A stretch of DNA of 64,000 nucleotides, from the NCBI GenBank assembly GCA_963693365.1, contig CAVNZM010000013.1:5012640-5076639 (forward strand). The letters are read 5' to 3'. Below the pieces are notes generated by a model. That model ran no database searches, had not been told where the DNA came from, and worked only from the letters and a program-made list of their open reading frames with translations. Positions 59,728 to 64,000 of this stretch are shown piece after piece; the first letter of the stretch is position 1; each line of letters begins with the position of its first letter. The DNA is from Amoebidium appalachense. Lineage: Eukaryota > Protista > Ichthyosporea. The position numbers were made by a program, and so were the translations under genes.

Positions 59728-61182
59728 CTTGTTTGGTGCCGCTTGCAGCGCAGCTTGAGTTGCCATCCGTTGCGGCGTATCTGATACGCCTGACTGTGCA
59801 CATGTCCAGTATCTGGCATATGTGCCAAATCTACTTTGTGGTTCGCGTGTTTTTATTTCCATGCTGCAGCTGGCAGGGTCGACAAGTGCTGAATAGTATA
59901 CGTACACGACCAAAGTGTGCACATCCGCACACATGTCTCACTGCCCATGGTATACGCGCAGTGTCCCATGCACCGTCATGAACGTTAAGGTGCGCTTGAC
60001 ATATGTACATTTTAAACAAGCTGGTCACTCAATCAGTAGAAGTAGGCATTGTGTAGGGAAGACATCATCGGTACCCCAAACCCCACCCCATCATTGATTT
60101 GGGTCTTCATGTGAATACGTGTACACGACATAGGATGATCTGCTAGTTTCAAATATCGAGCTCAGCTAATAGTGTGTGCAAGTTTCGCTTGTGCGTACAC
60201 GTAGACGTGTGATACTCATTGCACGAGTGCAGATACATGTGACACATGCACGGGAAAAGAGGGCTGACTAATGAGTTACGCAGGGTCGCTGTACAGTAGC
60301 CAGGCTCGCCCAGGCTTGCCCTTCAAGCCTCATGTTGACGGTGTTGGATTGTTTACTTTATAACTTGTTTAGCTACCTCTCACTGGATCTTGGATGCAAG
60401 TTGGATCTTGTAGCCTGATCCAATAGAAATGTGTGAGTGTATTCATTGGCCTCTATTGAACCAATCTGGTGCTTGCATCTCACAGAGTGTCACGTGTGTA
60501 CACACGTCTGTCACACGCCGTCGGTGTGCCGCACATGGCGCCCCTTACACAGGTCTTTATGCACATGTACACACACAGGCTAAGTAATGAATAAACGGTT
60601 ATAACGACGAAAAGACTTGCATTGGTCGCATATGACATGTCCAATAAATAGGGGGTTTGCATCTCTCTCTCTTTCTCTCGGCTGTGGCGGCCGTCATTTA
60701 TTTGTTCTCCTCGATTCCTCGACTGAGGCTCATGAGACAAGTACGAGGGATTACGTAATCGCGGCTCGCAGACAACCATATGCATGCCGTGTTTTGCAGC
60801 CTTTTTGAAGAAAAAGTTTTGGTTCAAAAAAAAAACAAAACACTGTGTGATTACCAATCCCAATTCTCATTATCCCTCTAGCGCATTCAAACCATCCCTC
60901 GTATGCACATAACCTTAGTGTTAGATGTTATGATGACTCTGTTTCCAGCTTTGTCATTTTAGGCCAGTGATCAAACTGCAGTCCAAATGAAAACTTACAC
61001 CTGAGCGCACGCGCTTTGCGGGATGGAAAGGGAAATTAGAAGGTAACAAAGAAAGCTCTGATTAGCGAGAGTAAATCAAGCACACAACGTGCGAAGCAGC
61101 TTTTAACACGACACACGCACTCTCGCACCCACTCGCACACACACCCCCCCCCCCCCCCCCCCCCCCCCCCACACCATTCATC

Positions 61183-62635
<1,453 letters not shown>

Positions 62636-63336
62636 GTATGCATACGATTATGTTCCAATATCCTAGGAGCCTACATGCTGCTCATATTCTTCCTCCCCTC
62701 CTCTCCTCTCCCCCACCCCCCCCCCCCTCCCCCCTCCCTCCGACTTCCACTCTCACTCCCCCTTTTCTCCTACCCTCCCTCCCTCTCTGCCCCCCCCTCC
62801 CCCCCCCCCCCCAAACACACACACACCCGTGGAACTCCGCCCACCCCAGCCCCCCTGGTCGCAGTTTCCATGTTACGCACGCTTTTCTGTGACCCCCTCC
62901 ATCCCTATATGATCAGCTGCTATTCCCAACCAACCAACCCCCCCCGTCCCCCCCTTCTCTCTCTCTCTCTCTTCCTTTGTGCCACCTTGTTTTTTCACTT
63001 GACACTGCAATCTTCCAAGGAACTCTTCATATAAAAATAAGCATGTGACCCATGTCCTTGGTAGCCCCCCCCCCCCCCCCCCCTCCCCCCCCCCCCCCCC
63101 CCCCCTTCCTCTCCTTGTGGCTCCCGTTAGTTCACTTCCCTTCCTCCCTAGCACTCCAGCTCTCCATCCAAAAGAATCCATCCAGCGGCTGATAACTTTT
63201 GTTATTTTTATGTGGGCAATGGGGGAACGTTGACGGAATAAAGGGGAGGCTGGAGTCCAAGTTTCATGGTTATACGGGTAGGAATTTGTGGGATCTACAA
63301 ATACCTTTATTCTTTTGTTTTGTGCTGCGTCAATGT

Positions 63337-63367
<31 letters not shown>

Positions 63368-63456
63368 GAGGGGAGGGAAGGGGGGGAGAGACGGGGGGGG
63401 AGAGCCGGAGGGGGCGCGGGGGGTGGGGGGTGAGGGGGGAGGCTACAACAAGTGTG

Positions 63457-63527
<71 letters not shown>

Positions 63528-63702
63528 GTGTATGTGTGTGTGTTGGGGGGGTCAGGGGCAGGGGGGGGGTAGGAGGGGAGACAACACATCACACACGGGC
63601 ACCCACAGACACAGCATTAATTGTTGTTATTTTGTTGCGTATCTCCAGGAGTCTTTCCGCCGTGAAGTGTTGTATTTCGTGTTGTGTTTCCACATTCTAA
63701 CA

Positions 63703-63733
<31 letters not shown>

Positions 63734-63845
63734 AAACCCCCCCAAAAAAAACAAAAAAAACACATACCCCCCTCCCCCCCCCTTGTTTCAGTTCTCTTCC
63801 TCCAAGTATTTGTCCTCTTCTTTTGCCGAACCACACATACTCATA

Positions 63846-63934
<89 letters not shown>

Positions 63935-64000
63935 GCCCACACAGACACACACACAGACACACACACACACATTATGCCCCTCCCCCCCTCCCTCCCTCCC

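Overview
This is intron-dense eukaryotic DNA, probably from a unicellular holozoan given the protein kinase D gene (inference). It is saturated with ~20-nt poly(G)/poly(C) and poly(A)/poly(T) tracts and (CA)n/(GA)n microsatellites, and almost all ORFs in the supplied track are artefacts of these repeats. Five spliced genes were reconstructed by hand from GT-AG boundaries and phase continuity. They are a 31-exon protein kinase D-like gene with three C1 domains (minus, 4178-27870), VPS4 (plus, 29227-40854), a C2H2 zinc-finger/coiled-coil protein (plus, 46905-54987), a secreted dirigent/allene-oxide-cyclase-like protein (minus, 58323-59562), and the 5' part of PARG (plus, from 61183). Two MITEs (TA- and TTAA-flanked) lie in kinase introns. 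The most notable signal is a dispersed, 5'-truncated repeat family ending in poly(C) rather than poly(A). All intronic copies I could recognise are in sense orientation. Its 3' core shows compensatory base changes and the three hammerhead core motifs in a non-canonical order.
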